Below, one piece after another: positions 50,021 through 60,501 of a stretch of 64,000 bases of DNA. The translations under genes were made by a program, and so were the position numbers. Source of the DNA: Candidatus Thorarchaeota archaeon (lineage in GTDB: Archaea; Asgardarchaeota; Thorarchaeia; Thorarchaeales; Thorarchaeaceae); NCBI GenBank assembly GCA_020348985.1, contig CP070761.1, forward strand, positions 1,317,647 to 1,381,646, given 5' to 3'. Numbering within the stretch: the first letter of the stretch is position 1; each line of letters starts with the position of its first letter. A model generated the notes under the pieces. That model did not search any database. It was not told where the DNA came from and was given only the letters and a program-made list of their open reading frames with translations.

Positions 50021-50650
50021 ATGGGATTATCTGAGATTCTGCAGGAAATTACCAGAGAAATTGAATTGGATGATGAGGTGCGAGAGAAGGTCCTACCTCT
50101 TGCACGAAGTGCAGTACGGCTCTGTGGGGAGTCCATCAAGAAGAGCCACAGAGGACAGTTTGATGAAGCTAGAAGACTGATTCAGGAAGCACAAAACACA
50201 ATCATGGATGCAGAGAAAGAGCTATCAAGAAGCAGATTCCTAAGTCAATCGAGGCCGCTGGACACATCATACCAGGAACTGGCCGAGGCAGCGAATCTGT
50301 TATCCATTCTAGACAATGGTTCATTCACAGAGCCGAGCAAGCATGACATTCCATCACGTCCATATTTGACTGGATTGGCCGACACAATCGGTGAATTGAG
50401 AAGAGCGACGTTGGATTGTCTTCGTAGCGACAATGTGAGGAAAGCAGAGAACCTCCTGAGCACTATGGAAGAGATCTTGGAGGGGCTCGGTGCAATTGAC
50501 TACCCTCATGCATTGGTGCCAGAACTCAGAAGAAAGTGTGACATTGGGAGAGGTGTTGTGGAAAGAACCAGAGGAGATGTGACAACGGCCGTCAGACAAG
50601 AGAAGCTCGTGGGAGAGCTAAGCAAGTTTGAGCGTAAGAAAGAAGACTAG
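50021..50650 (+). CDS. Translin/TRAX-family protein
   Basis: QELAEA, YLTGLAD.IGELRR, LRRKCD. Confidence 0.9.
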   Translation: MGLSEILQEITREIELDDEVREKVLPLARSAVRLCGESIKKSHRGQFDEARRLIQEAQNTIMDAEKELSRSRFLSQSRPLDTSYQELAEAANLLSILDNGSFTEPSKHDIPSRPYLTGLADTIGELRRATLDCLRSDNVRKAENLLSTMEEILEGLGAIDYPHALVPELRRKCDIGRGVVERTRGDVTTAVRQEKLVGELSKFERKKED

Positions 50651-50663
50651 AGGAGCTAGGAGA

Positions 50664-51344
50664 ATGACAACACCCGATATCTGGTTCACATTGTACTCGC
50701 TGGCACGAAAGGGAGCTCTCCACAGAAGTATTACAATAACGACTAGTGAGCTTGGTGGTGTGCTGGGCATCAGTCAACAGACAGCATCCAGACGAATCTC
50801 ATATTGTGTTGATGAGGGCTTCGTTGCAAGAACACATACAGCTGCAGGAATGCTGCTTCAGATAACTGAGAGAGGAAGACGAGAACTCTCCGAAGTTCTT
50901 GGGGAGCTCGAGATTGCATTCGTCCCGCCGGGAGACGAGATTGTGATCAGGGGTAGTGTGACACATGGCCTAGGAGAGGGTGCTTACTACGTTGAGGTCT
51001 ATGCTACAAGATTCAGAGAAGCACTTGGCTTTCTCCCGTTCTCTGGAACGCTGAACGTGATTATCAGAGAAGAGGAGTCAAGGAAAGCAACCACAAGAAT
51101 GCGACAAAGTCCCCCTCTCATCGTACATGGGTTCAGTTATGAAGGACGAACCTTTGGTGACGTGATTTGCTATAGAGTGAAAGTGGACAATGCCGTAGAG
51201 GGGGCAGTCGTAATTGCGCAACGTACGCATCATAGTGAGAATACATTGGAAGTAATTGCACCATATGATCTCCGTGAAAAACTCGGACTTGAAGATGAAG
51301 ACATTGTTGAGCTGACTGTTATCCCATTGCATATGGCTACTTAG
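50664..51344 (+). CDS. ribK: CTP-dependent riboflavin kinase with N-terminal winged helix (RbkR type)
   Basis: SQQTASR HTH; GLGEGAYY, GTLNV, RTHH, EVIAP..LR. Confidence 0.94.
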   Translation: MTTPDIWFTLYSLARKGALHRSITITTSELGGVLGISQQTASRRISYCVDEGFVARTHTAAGMLLQITERGRRELSEVLGELEIAFVPPGDEIVIRGSVTHGLGEGAYYVEVYATRFREALGFLPFSGTLNVIIREEESRKATTRMRQSPPLIVHGFSYEGRTFGDVICYRVKVDNAVEGAVVIAQRTHHSENTLEVIAPYDLREKLGLEDEDIVELTVIPLHMAT

Positions 51345-51345
51345 A

Positions 51346-52023
51346 CTAGTGACCGTACTCGCCTGTTAGTGGCACAAACGCAACACCGCCCCATCGCCTT
51401 GAAGATATCCTTCCATCCTGTTCCTTCTTGACAAGAAGCAGTTCTTGATAGAACCCCCTAGACCCCACTGGAATAAGCATGATGCCGCCTGGTTTGAGCT
51501 GCTCGACTAGTGGTGGAGGGATATCGGGAGCAGCCGCTGCAACTAGGATTCGATCAAAAGGGGCATATTCGGGAAGACCGATCCCGCCATCTCCTTGTAT
51601 CAGCTTGACTATATCGGAGTATCCAGTACGCTCCAGATTTCCTTTAGCAAAGTCGATCAGCGCCTCAACGATTTCGACTGTGTAGACAGTGCCGCTTTCA
51701 GATGGCTCAATTCCCTTCACCAACTCCCCACATAGAGCCGCGTGATATCCTGACCCAGCGCCTACCTCCAACACTTTCATTCCTGGTGCAAGGTCTAGAC
51801 CTTCACACATGATTGCGCACATATGAGGAGCCGAAATCGTTTGGCCGTGTCCTATAGGAAGAGGCGTGTCTCTGTAGGCTTCGTCTACTGCGCTTGGAAG
51901 CACAAATTCCTCCCTTGGAACTACTCTGAAGGCGGCCTCAACTCGACTTGATGTTATGTAGCCTCTGTCCTTGAGGCGCTGAATAAGTCGTTCGCGTTCT
52001 CTGTCGAGTCGACTATCGGTCAT
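51346..52023 (-). CDS. pcm: Protein-L-isoaspartate O-methyltransferase
   Basis: GQTISAPHM, LEVGAGSGY, APFDRI, FVPL. Confidence 0.96.
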   Translation of the reverse strand: MTDSRLDRERERLIQRLKDRGYITSSRVEAAFRVVPREEFVLPSAVDEAYRDTPLPIGHGQTISAPHMCAIMCEGLDLAPGMKVLEVGAGSGYHAALCGELVKGIEPSESGTVYTVEIVEALIDFAKGNLERTGYSDIVKLIQGDGGIGLPEYAPFDRILVAAAAPDIPPPLVEQLKPGGIMLIPVGSRGFYQELLLVKKEQDGRISSRRWGGVAFVPLTGEYGH

Positions 52024-52085
52024 GCCAATCGAGCACCCCAATGAACGCGCATTGATAAAAGGGCTTGTGGCAAGTGAAAGAGTCA

Positions 52086-52511
52086 ATGGAACGCATTGCT
52101 TTCACGGCTCTTGGACACGAAAATATCGTGGGAGAACACGAGACAACTCTAGAGATAACTACTGAGAACAGTCTCACATCAGCAGGCACTTGTATCATTG
52201 GAGTCTGCGCATCATTGAATCTACCATCATTCAATGAACGAATAAAGAAACTTGCAGCTTCTCCTACCACAAATATAACCCTGAGATTGTCGGCTGGTGA
52301 GTACACGGACATAGTCAAAGGATACGGAAGCCCTGGGTTGACTTACTCGAATCCCGTTAGTATGGTGATTAGAAAGAGCACTTACGAGTGTGATCGAACT
52401 TTGATGGTTAGAGCTGATAAATCAGCCTCTGATTTGATGCGACCAATGATCAGATTACTTGTTAGCAGAGATATCGTACTAGATTGCGAGATTGAGTACT
52501 CTAGGAAATGA
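52086..52511 (+). CDS. DUF371-domain protein
   Basis: GHENI...H.TTLEIT, CIIGV, VIRKS, ADK.A.D. Confidence 0.9.
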   Translation: MERIAFTALGHENIVGEHETTLEITTENSLTSAGTCIIGVCASLNLPSFNERIKKLAASPTTNITLRLSAGEYTDIVKGYGSPGLTYSNPVSMVIRKSTYECDRTLMVRADKSASDLMRPMIRLLVSRDIVLDCEIEYSRK

Positions 52512-53562
52512 TGAGATCTGCCACCATTTGGTGCTCATAGGGCGCACTATCCCTGACACGTCGAATCATAGGAATCTGCTCAATCTCCCGCCCTGCTGCT
52601 TTGACTAGCTCAACGGTCTTTTTGCGCAATTGTCCTTCCGGGTCTTCGCCGCCCAGGAAATCATAGTAATGAATGATTCCACCGGGTTTCAATACATGAC
52701 AGGCATCAGCAATGAAGTCTGAGGCTCCTGATGGATGATTCATAATCACTCGATCCATCGCTGCGGGTGATAGTTCTCTTACATACTCATGAGCGTCAGA
52801 TACAACAGGCTCAATAGTTCCAACCAGCGGATTGAGGTCCATACTCTCTTTAAGTAGCTTAATGGCATTGGCATTGATATCAACTGCGACAACATGAGAA
52901 ACTCGCTTCTTAGCAATGTGAAGAGCAAATGGTCCAACACCTGTGAACATGTCAAGAACTGACTCTCGCGATTGAACCTGTTCTGCCACTCTGTTGTGTT
53001 CTTCGAGCAGTCGGGGACTGAAATAGGCAACAGCTAAGTCAACCGCAATTCTCACTCCATATTCAGTATGAATTGTCTTTGTCTTGTTCTCCCCAGCGAG
53101 CACGGCATATTCTCTAGTTCTTGTTAAGCCGGAGATTGCACCCTGCTTAGCAAGCACAGTTGAGAAGTTTCGATGAATTCTCTGAAATGCCAAACCAATC
53201 TCTGTCACGTATACCTCCAGTTCTTCCGGAATCTCAAGCACAGCGATGTCACCTATGAGATCATAGGCTCGGGGTAGTAGTTCAAGCTTCTCAGAGGGCA
53301 TCTTGTCTTTGAGAGCTTCCTCAAGCGTTCTTGGGCCCACCTGAGTGGGTTGAAACTCTCTGAATCCAGCTTTGAACTCGTGCCCGTTGAGTGCCTCATC
53401 AACACTTGGTCTATCAACCTCAGAAAGCAATGGGAAGTATAGGAAGCCTTGCTCCTTTACAATCTTGTAGTCAAGGTCCAGAAGCTTTGAGGCCACGAGA
53501 AGCTGCCTAGTCTCCTCTCCTTGCTCCCTCCGTACCCTAACATACTGTTTCTTGGTTGACAT
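52501..53562 (-). CDS. trm5: tRNA (guanine37-N1)-methyltransferase Trm5 family
   Basis: YDLIGDIA, H.EYG, YFSPRL, DMFTGVGPF, MNHP. Confidence 0.9.
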   Translation of the reverse strand: MSTKKQYVRVRREQGEETRQLLVASKLLDLDYKIVKEQGFLYFPLLSEVDRPSVDEALNGHEFKAGFREFQPTQVGPRTLEEALKDKMPSEKLELLPRAYDLIGDIAVLEIPEELEVYVTEIGLAFQRIHRNFSTVLAKQGAISGLTRTREYAVLAGENKTKTIHTEYGVRIAVDLAVAYFSPRLLEEHNRVAEQVQSRESVLDMFTGVGPFALHIAKKRVSHVVAVDINANAIKLLKESMDLNPLVGTIEPVVSDAHEYVRELSPAAMDRVIMNHPSGASDFIADACHVLKPGGIIHYYDFLGGEDPEGQLRKKTVELVKAAGREIEQIPMIRRVRDSAPYEHQMVADLIIS

Positions 53563-53607
53563 TGAGACTGCTCTAACAGCACTGCCTAAGATAGTTTGGA
53601 TTCCGAG

Positions 53608-54708
53608 TCAAGCGTACTCAGCGACTCTCACAAATTCTTTCCCAGCACCAGCCTTGGTACCTACCATAATCTGGTGGAATGGGTGCACCGGACTTCTGGA
53701 TTCGTCGAGTGCGGGCTCCACTCGTTGAGGAATTCCACATACTTCTAGATGGTCGCCATTTCGAAACAGATCCTTTAGTGCACCATCATAGATCATCAAT
53801 CGGGAAATCTTGACGTTCCCTATCTCTGGAACCGGCTTTGTATCTACTGTAAACAGGGCAGGGGTGAAGGAGCTGTATTCGGATTCCACTACGCTCATCC
53901 TAACACGTATTGGCTCTGAAACAAGTGACTTGTATGACTCCATTCCATGACAAATCGGAACCTCGTCAGGGAATAGGACTGGCATCACCCCTATGTAGAA
54001 ATCATCTATGCAGAACTCTTTGCGGCGTACGAACATAGAGAGAAGCTCTTCCTCGGATAGCATTGGAGAACGTGTCAGCAATCTCGAGATGGTGCCTTTC
54101 CATTCTTCCGGACGCCTGAATCGAACATTGTTGTTGTCGTCAACGACCTTGTCGTATCCATTCTGGAGAAGACTAGCCATCTCTTTGCCATACACGTTCA
54201 TGTTTATGTCAGACAACGCAGGATTGTGGGCCTTCCATGCTATGCTGCCAGTCACACCGATACGATCAAGTGGTATGTCAAGTGTATCATGTAATGTCTC
54301 GGCTAGCGACTTTGTTCGTTCCTCCAATGTGTCATTTGGACCCTCATTGACAATCTCTTTCAGGCGGAGCTCGGGACTGAAGTACTTGGAGATGCTCTCT
54401 CTTGGAACCTCAAGTAAGCTTGTACCTAGATGAGAATCCTCTACAACGTAGTCAGAATCAATCATCTGCATTCCTTTTGCCGCTGACTCTGCCCCTCCAG
54501 AGAAAACTCGTTCGTAGTTTGACGTTCCTTTAACCCATTTCCCGGAGGAGCTTGGTATATACTTGAGGTAGCTTATCACTCGATTAGAAGGTTGTATGAA
54601 CCCGTGAGCAACGAACACTCTACCTTTTGCATCATGGAACACGTCTTTGTCTCGAAACGTTTGTGGAGGGGGGACAAGAGCTGGTTCTCTCACTGATTCA
54701 ATCCTCAC
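53608..54708 (-). CDS. Predicted nucleotidyltransferase (COG1665-like)
   Basis: YLKY.P, IGVTGS...SDIN...YG. Confidence 0.75.
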   Translation of the reverse strand: MRIESVREPALVPPPQTFRDKDVFHDAKGRVFVAHGFIQPSNRVISYLKYIPSSSGKWVKGTSNYERVFSGGAESAAKGMQMIDSDYVVEDSHLGTSLLEVPRESISKYFSPELRLKEIVNEGPNDTLEERTKSLAETLHDTLDIPLDRIGVTGSIAWKAHNPALSDINMNVYGKEMASLLQNGYDKVVDDNNNVRFRRPEEWKGTISRLLTRSPMLSEEELLSMFVRRKEFCIDDFYIGVMPVLFPDEVPICHGMESYKSLVSEPIRVRMSVVESEYSSFTPALFTVDTKPVPEIGNVKISRLMIYDGALKDLFRNGDHLEVCGIPQRVEPALDESRSPVHPFHQIMVGTKAGAGKEFVRVAEYA

Positions 54709-54774
54709 GAGAGGTCAGGTGAATGCTGTAGACCTCTCTGCCCTCTCAGATATACATACTCATTCGAGATTGTG

Positions 54775-55593
54775 TCATTTTGCTACTACTCGCGTAGCCT
54801 TGACATCTTGACTGCTCAAAAGGGCCTTGAGATTGCCAAATTCCATCATAGAGAGTATTGCGACCTCAAGACCTTCCTGAATCAGGTCAACGGCTAAGGC
54901 GATAGAACGTAGTTTGCCCTTCATTCTTCCACTGGCGTCAGCGGTTCCTGCAGTCCCCATTTGCTCCAGCACCTGTTCAAGCTGATTGAGGTCAACTTCT
55001 TCGATGAGTGATGCGTCTGGATTCAGTTTGGGATCTGCATCATAGATTCCAGATGTGTCAGACGCAAAGAGCATTCGTTTTGCTCCCAGCTCTCTAGCGA
55101 TAATGACTGCAAGCTGATCCCCGCTGCCGACACTCCACCCCATCTCTTTGTCAATCAGGATGTCTCCTCCCAACAGAGGAACCATGCCGATTGATGCGAA
55201 TCTCTTCAGGGGCTCCAGGAAGTAATCAACCATCTTCATCTTCTCAGAGATCACCATTGAAGAGGGATACATCAGACACACTGGAACCTCGGCGTTCTGA
55301 AACTCTTTAACGATGATGTGACGGAGAGTCGCCACATCCTCTTGCGTCTTAGATAGGGGCAGAAGTTGGTCAGGACCCAGGAAGCCTTTGTGGAGCTTGT
55401 GTTTTAGAACTGGCGGATGTCCATAAGAGCCAACACCGTGTAACAGGACTAAGGACTCTATCAGGCCTTCATCGAGACACTCTCTGATTTCTCGGGACAC
55501 CGATTGCAGTACCTTCTCTCTATAGGTGTACGGTTTCGTCTTGTCAGTCAGCAACGAACCGCCAAGCTTTATGATTGTCAGTTCCTGGGTCAC
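54775..55593 (-). CDS. ipk: Isopentenyl phosphate kinase
   Basis: KLGGSLLTDK, HG.GSYGH, SGD, D.SG.M.GK. Confidence 0.9.
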   Translation of the reverse strand: MTQELTIIKLGGSLLTDKTKPYTYREKVLQSVSREIRECLDEGLIESLVLLHGVGSYGHPPVLKHKLHKGFLGPDQLLPLSKTQEDVATLRHIIVKEFQNAEVPVCLMYPSSMVISEKMKMVDYFLEPLKRFASIGMVPLLGGDILIDKEMGWSVGSGDQLAVIIARELGAKRMLFASDTSGIYDADPKLNPDASLIEEVDLNQLEQVLEQMGTAGTADASGRMKGKLRSIALAVDLIQEGLEVAILSMMEFGNLKALLSSQDVKATRVVAK

Positions 55594-55611
55594 CGAGCAA
55601 CACCATGATAG

Positions 55612-56418
55612 CTAGAAGAGGCTGAACATTGGGAATGGCCAGAATAACCCGAGGAAGGGTAGTAGTAGCACCATTATAATGGTAACTATAGTTATAGTCA
55701 GGTTATCAAAGCCCTTAGGTGTTATTGCCTCAATAATCATTGCCACAAGACTCACGACTATGATTGGCAGAATCAAGTCGACAACAGAGAAGGTAGCCAC
55801 CTCGAGTGAGAATAGGAACACTAGGATGAAGCTGAACAAGAATGATCCAATGAACATCCCAATCATACCAGCAAGTGACTTCTCAGCACCACCAATTCCG
55901 AATTTCCTCTCGCCACCATACTTGCGTCCAATCACGTCGGCAAATCCATCTCCACCCGCCAAGCATCCGAAGACAATCAACGCCAACGGAGTTGCATTGG
56001 CCAGATCGCCATCGACGGGAACGTAGAACCATAGGATTCCGATGACCACCATCATGAATGCGTAGTAAAGCGTGCCACCAAGAAGTTCTCGGGGATCTCC
56101 GCTTCTTGACATCGAACGTACAAAGTCCTCATTCTCGGTCTTTCCAGTCCCAATCATGACAAACTGCAGGACGAATATGAGCGGGACTATAATGGCCAGC
56201 CAGCGGCTGAATATACTACCGGAGAAGAGCATCCACGTGACTACCCATACTGGGGCTGCAAATGTGTGAATGACTTTCCGTGTTACTACAGTTGAGAGCT
56301 TACCACTCTTCTCAATTGCTGCATTGATCTGTACGAGCATCAGTATCAAGACAAACGAGATCACAAATGCTACAATGTCCCAGACCAATTCCCAGCCTGG
56401 TAAAGGATTGAAAACCAA
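55612..56418 (-). CDS. Membrane CTP-dependent phytol/polyprenol kinase family protein
   Basis: RKVIH, SMSRSGDPRELL.G.LYY, GDGFAD..GR, KS.AG, DNL. Confidence 0.88.
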   Translation of the reverse strand: MVFNPLPGWELVWDIVAFVISFVLILMLVQINAAIEKSGKLSTVVTRKVIHTFAAPVWVVTWMLFSGSIFSRWLAIIVPLIFVLQFVMIGTGKTENEDFVRSMSRSGDPRELLGGTLYYAFMMVVIGILWFYVPVDGDLANATPLALIVFGCLAGGDGFADVIGRKYGGERKFGIGGAEKSLAGMIGMFIGSFLFSFILVFLFSLEVATFSVVDLILPIIVVSLVAMIIEAITPKGFDNLTITIVTIIMVLLLPFLGLFWPFPMFSLF

Positions 56419-56588
56419 GATTCTCTTCCTCCCTTTTGAACACGATAGAATTTAGATAGCGTAAGAAGGGCGAGATAAAAGTCTGATTGAAATGTGAATT
56501 CGTCAACTAACAAGGAGGAGTGTCATAGCTCTTTGTTGATTGGAGGAAGAAAGGGAGTCTGAGAGCCGGGTAGACTCTCACTTGCTCA

Positions 56589-56608
56589 CTTGGAACACGT
56601 GTTCCAAG
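56589..56608. promoter_or_regulatory. Perfect 20-bp palindrome
   Basis: CTTGGAACACGTGTTCCAAG in a divergent intergenic region. Confidence 0.5.
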
Positions 56609-56706
56609 GATTGGTTGCTTGCCAGTGTTGCGTTCATCGAAGCCACTAAATCAGTAAGAAAGCGAAATCCCGTCGTATATTCCGTGTGAAAACGGGAGGT
56701 AAAGAA

Positions 56707-57567
56707 ATGAATTTTGTGAGGACAGGTGAGCTCAGGCCGAATGCTCTTGAAGTCCCAATTGAGATAAGCCCTCTAGAAGAGATTGACAGATTGACACTCA
56801 AGCGTCTGAATCACCTTCTAGGGTTCATCAAAGAGAGGAAACCGGAGATTCTGCGTGAGTTCGTCGAGGAATTGACTGGAGAGCTCCTGAATCAAGCAAA
56901 GGAGGACTATGCCATCAGAGATGTGCTTGATCTAGATGATGTTCTATCCGGGCTCCCCCTTCTGCAGGAACACGTTGACTTGACCGTGGCTCTACTCAAT
57001 TACTGCTTCGATGTGCTCCAATTGCCCCAAGGAACAGAGTGGCTGGGTAAGAAGGTCAGTGTTTCCACACGAGCCGATTTGAGATCCTTTCTACTCCCTA
57101 GATACAACAATCTCATGGCTTTGGTCGACATTGTTGGTAGAGAGGATGCGATTGCGTTCTACAAGCGGTTCTTCACACAGTATCTCGCAGACACAAGAGA
57201 TCCAGATAGAAAGATATACGATAGTTTAGAGGACCTGTATGAGGAGAGATCTAGAGAGACCGAGGAACCATCGGCATGGGTAGTAGTCCGTGGAATGCTT
57301 TCGGATGGTAAGTACGCTTTTCGGAACGACAACTGCCTTTGGGTCGACGCTCTAGAGGACATAGAAGACTCCGAGCTGAAGTATTACATTTGCTGCTATG
57401 GTGATTATGAAGGAGCGAAAGCGCACAATGAGAGCATAGTGATGACGATGGAACATACCATTGCAGAGGGCAACCCCTATTGCTCTCGAGTTCTTCATGA
57501 CACTCGTGTTGATTGGAATCTAAGGCATCCTCCAAAGGAGTTTTGGGATAAAATGGGGAAGACTTAG
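56707..57567 (+). CDS. L-2-amino-thiazoline-4-carboxylic acid hydrolase-like protein
   Basis: C-terminal NCLW...ICCYGD...TIAEG.PYC pattern; GGAGG RBS. Confidence 0.75.
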   Translation: MNFVRTGELRPNALEVPIEISPLEEIDRLTLKRLNHLLGFIKERKPEILREFVEELTGELLNQAKEDYAIRDVLDLDDVLSGLPLLQEHVDLTVALLNYCFDVLQLPQGTEWLGKKVSVSTRADLRSFLLPRYNNLMALVDIVGREDAIAFYKRFFTQYLADTRDPDRKIYDSLEDLYEERSRETEEPSAWVVVRGMLSDGKYAFRNDNCLWVDALEDIEDSELKYYICCYGDYEGAKAHNESIVMTMEHTIAEGNPYCSRVLHDTRVDWNLRHPPKEFWDKMGKT

Positions 57568-58614
57568 TCATTCCAATGTCTTCAGATGCCGTTTGAGATC
57601 CGTAGCCGCCCTGTTCAACCACTCATTAGATTGGTCTGCACTGCCAGGATAATGTAGAGCTCCTGCTTGTGCCCAGACCATTTCTTGAGCGTAACGGGCA
57701 GCTATGAAGAGTTCAATATACTCTAGTTGAGACTCCGGAAACGCTTGAATCTCTTCATATCCTTCCAAGAGAGCCTTCTTCATCCTTGGACTTGTGTCTT
57801 TGAAGTCGCTAATGTAGTGAGCAAGAGGAACCGCAATATCGAAAGCCCAGTATCCGTACCCGCTGTCATCGAAGTCAATTGGTCTTGCACGTCCTTTGTG
57901 AAAGAGAACATTAGCGTCCAAGGCTATGTCTGCATGGATCAGTCCATAGACCTTGCGACCCTTCCCAATCTCGTCAATGAGATCCTGAATTCTCTCGATG
58001 ATTCTTACAAAGTCAGGTTGATGTTGCTTCGGAATCGTTTCTCGTACCTTTTGGGCAGGAGGATCGAAGCCAGCACCATCACCATAGAGACCTTCCCAGT
58101 CCCAATGACGGCGCGTGAACCGTCTAGGTGGTTTCCAAGTTTGAGCTTGTTTATGCATTGCTGCCAGGGTTCTACCTATTGCCTTGAAGTGTATGGGCGT
58201 TATGCCCTTGGTGATGTTCCTCCCATTAATCCATCGGAGAAGTGTACAGTTGCGTGGACGTAGGGAGGCGTTTTCTTCCTCTGTTGCTGTAACCCAGTGG
58301 CCGTCTAGATTCCGAATGGGCTGCGGCACCTCGATACCTTCAGAACTAAGTGCAGACAGCCACTCTAGCTCGGAAGTGATGTGTTCGAAACTCATGTAGC
58401 CAGGTTGATGAAGTCTCAGAGTGTATCGCCCTGGTACAAATGGTTCATCCGACTTTAGTGAGGTCGGGATATCAACACGATACAGTCCGTTTCCACTGTA
58501 ATTGATGAATTTGAGCTTTGCATCTTGAAAGCCATATGCATAAAGTGCACTCTTTGCTAACTTCCTTAATCTTCGTAGGAATTGAAGACGTGTTACTTGC
58601 TGATTTGCTGCCAT
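57568..58614 (-). CDS. Aminoglycoside phosphotransferase / type II homoserine kinase family
   Basis: ELEWL, GLIHAD....NV, IDFDD.G. Confidence 0.9.
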   Translation of the reverse strand: MAANQQVTRLQFLRRLRKLAKSALYAYGFQDAKLKFINYSGNGLYRVDIPTSLKSDEPFVPGRYTLRLHQPGYMSFEHITSELEWLSALSSEGIEVPQPIRNLDGHWVTATEEENASLRPRNCTLLRWINGRNITKGITPIHFKAIGRTLAAMHKQAQTWKPPRRFTRRHWDWEGLYGDGAGFDPPAQKVRETIPKQHQPDFVRIIERIQDLIDEIGKGRKVYGLIHADIALDANVLFHKGRARPIDFDDSGYGYWAFDIAVPLAHYISDFKDTSPRMKKALLEGYEEIQAFPESQLEYIELFIAARYAQEMVWAQAGALHYPGSADQSNEWLNRAATDLKRHLKTLE

Positions 58615-58928
58615 GTATGTCACCCTGAGATTGTGGTTTTGGCTACGACCCACTATGCGGGTTGGTCCTGGGAAAACGGAACTTCCTAAAGAAACAGCTC
58701 CAAAACCAAAGATTCACCCACATACAGGATCAGGTTTGCTGTTCTGCAATAGCATTAGAACCTCATCGTTCGTGGGCCTCGAGACGTCAAGTTCGCGATT
58801 GCAATATAACTTGGCTGTTCAACGCCATGAATTTGAAGCTAGGACTTCCTGTGTATCTGGTTGATGACACGTTGCATGGTTCGAAAAAGTAGATTAGTCA
58901 TAGATTGAGAGCCCTTGTGGAATTAAAG

Positions 58929-59852
58929 ATGAAAAACGACGGAAGTCCAAGTCGATTAGTCATCGACACTAATTCTACAGAGGATGACACTAAGGCCGTT
59001 CAGAAGGGATTGGTAGATTACAACAAGACGCATCCGGGCGGCGACCTGGACATTCCCACTCCTGATATTAGTCTAGTCTTGAAAGAAAAAGACAGCACAG
59101 TTGTTGGAGGGGTAATCACAAGCATGTTGACAGGTGTCATGCATCTCGAGGTCCTGTGGGTGGATGACAAACATCGACGGCAAGGTTACGGAAGGGATCT
59201 TGTGCTACGAGCTGAGGAAATCGGAAAAGCAAAGGGCTACAAGACCTCGCAAACGTGGACCTTTTCGTTTCAGGCGCCTGACTTCTACCAGAGCATTGGT
59301 TACGAGGTTTTGGGTGTCTTCGATGGATACGTTGACGGGATTACCGAGTATGTTCTCATGAAGAGACTGAAGAAAGACCACAAGACCAGTAGTGGAGACA
59401 GTAGTGTGCGAGGAAATGCTGGCTCTGATAGACTTGAGATTTTCGAGGATGCAACAGACGAGAGCATGAGAGTCGTTCGCAAGGGTCTTGGAGAATACTT
59501 CAGTGAGCACGTTGGTGAACTGCAGAAACAGAATCCTGAAGTCAAAATCAGGCTGGCCTTGAAGAATGACAAAGGACGGGTCCTTGGTGGCATTGCTGCT
59601 GCGACGGTTCTTGGAACAATGGCGATTGAGCATCTTTGGGTGGATGAGCGATATCGTGGTCAAGGTTACGGGAGAGATCTTCTCTTGGCGGCGGAGAGAA
59701 TAGCAAGGGAGAATGGCTGCATATCCGGGCAGACCTGGGTGTTGTCATTTCAAGCCCACGAGTTCTTTCGAAAACTTGGTTATGAGGAGTTTGGAGTCTC
59801 TGATGGATATCCCAATGGGATAAGAGAGTTCTATTTCATCAAGAAGTTCTAG
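58929..59852 (+). CDS. Tandem GNAT acetyltransferase
   Basis: Two LWVD..R.QGYG..L / SFQA..F...GY domains. Confidence 0.92.
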   Translation: MKNDGSPSRLVIDTNSTEDDTKAVQKGLVDYNKTHPGGDLDIPTPDISLVLKEKDSTVVGGVITSMLTGVMHLEVLWVDDKHRRQGYGRDLVLRAEEIGKAKGYKTSQTWTFSFQAPDFYQSIGYEVLGVFDGYVDGITEYVLMKRLKKDHKTSSGDSSVRGNAGSDRLEIFEDATDESMRVVRKGLGEYFSEHVGELQKQNPEVKIRLALKNDKGRVLGGIAAATVLGTMAIEHLWVDERYRGQGYGRDLLLAAERIARENGCISGQTWVLSFQAHEFFRKLGYEEFGVSDGYPNGIREFYFIKKF

Positions 59853-59976
59853 ATTCGTCACGAATTACTATCCATTGGATGATGGCAGTCCCGGAATAGT
59901 TCATTGTTTGAACTATGATGTAGATTATGTCCAGTAGAGAACTAACATTTACCAAAGGGCAGGAGCGTGTGTCTGC

Positions 59977-60414
59977 GTGGCTACTGAGAAGAATTCCATG
60001 TCAATCCGGCTCAATTCAACAAAAGGCGCAGAAAGCCTTCATTGGTTGGACGAGGGTTTGGATGATGTGTCAGGTGGAAGTGCCCGTAGATTGCGTAGAA
60101 TTCAGTTGCTCACATTACCGTTTGCTCCATTCTTCGTAGCCATATCATTCGCATTGGGATTCGAGTTGGCACTTACGATTGTGATCTTTCTTACTGTGAT
60201 AAGTGTCGAATCCCTTGTCTTCCACCCTCAGGATTTGCATGAATGCGGCCCGAATTTGTGGACAGGAGAATCAGTAGACTGCTCGAGACGGCTCAGCTAT
60301 GCCGAAGAAAAGGGAGTTGAGCAATCCAAAGAAGACGTTCTTGTGACGGTTCCATATCTCTATGTGATACTATCCAGATTCAGACGGAGCGGCATGCGGG
60401 AGTCCAGAACTTGA
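59977..60414 (+). CDS. Hypothetical two-TM membrane protein
   Basis: Hydrophobic hairpin; weak coding evidence. Confidence 0.45.
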   Translation: MATEKNSMSIRLNSTKGAESLHWLDEGLDDVSGGSARRLRRIQLLTLPFAPFFVAISFALGFELALTIVIFLTVISVESLVFHPQDLHECGPNLWTGESVDCSRRLSYAEEKGVEQSKEDVLVTVPYLYVILSRFRRSGMRESRT

Positions 60415-60442
60415 CATGAACGAGATTTGGAATGAATTGAGA

Positions 60443-60464
60443 TTACAGGTCAGATGGGATTCGA
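60443..60464 (-). repeat. Strongly decayed tRNA 3'-end fragment
   Basis: ttacaggtcagatgggattcga, 15/22 identical to the 63053 copy; mismatches are mostly transitions. Confidence 0.5.
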
Positions 60465-60501
60465 TTTCTTCACTTCTGATTGGTATGTGATTGTGTGTCC
60501 C

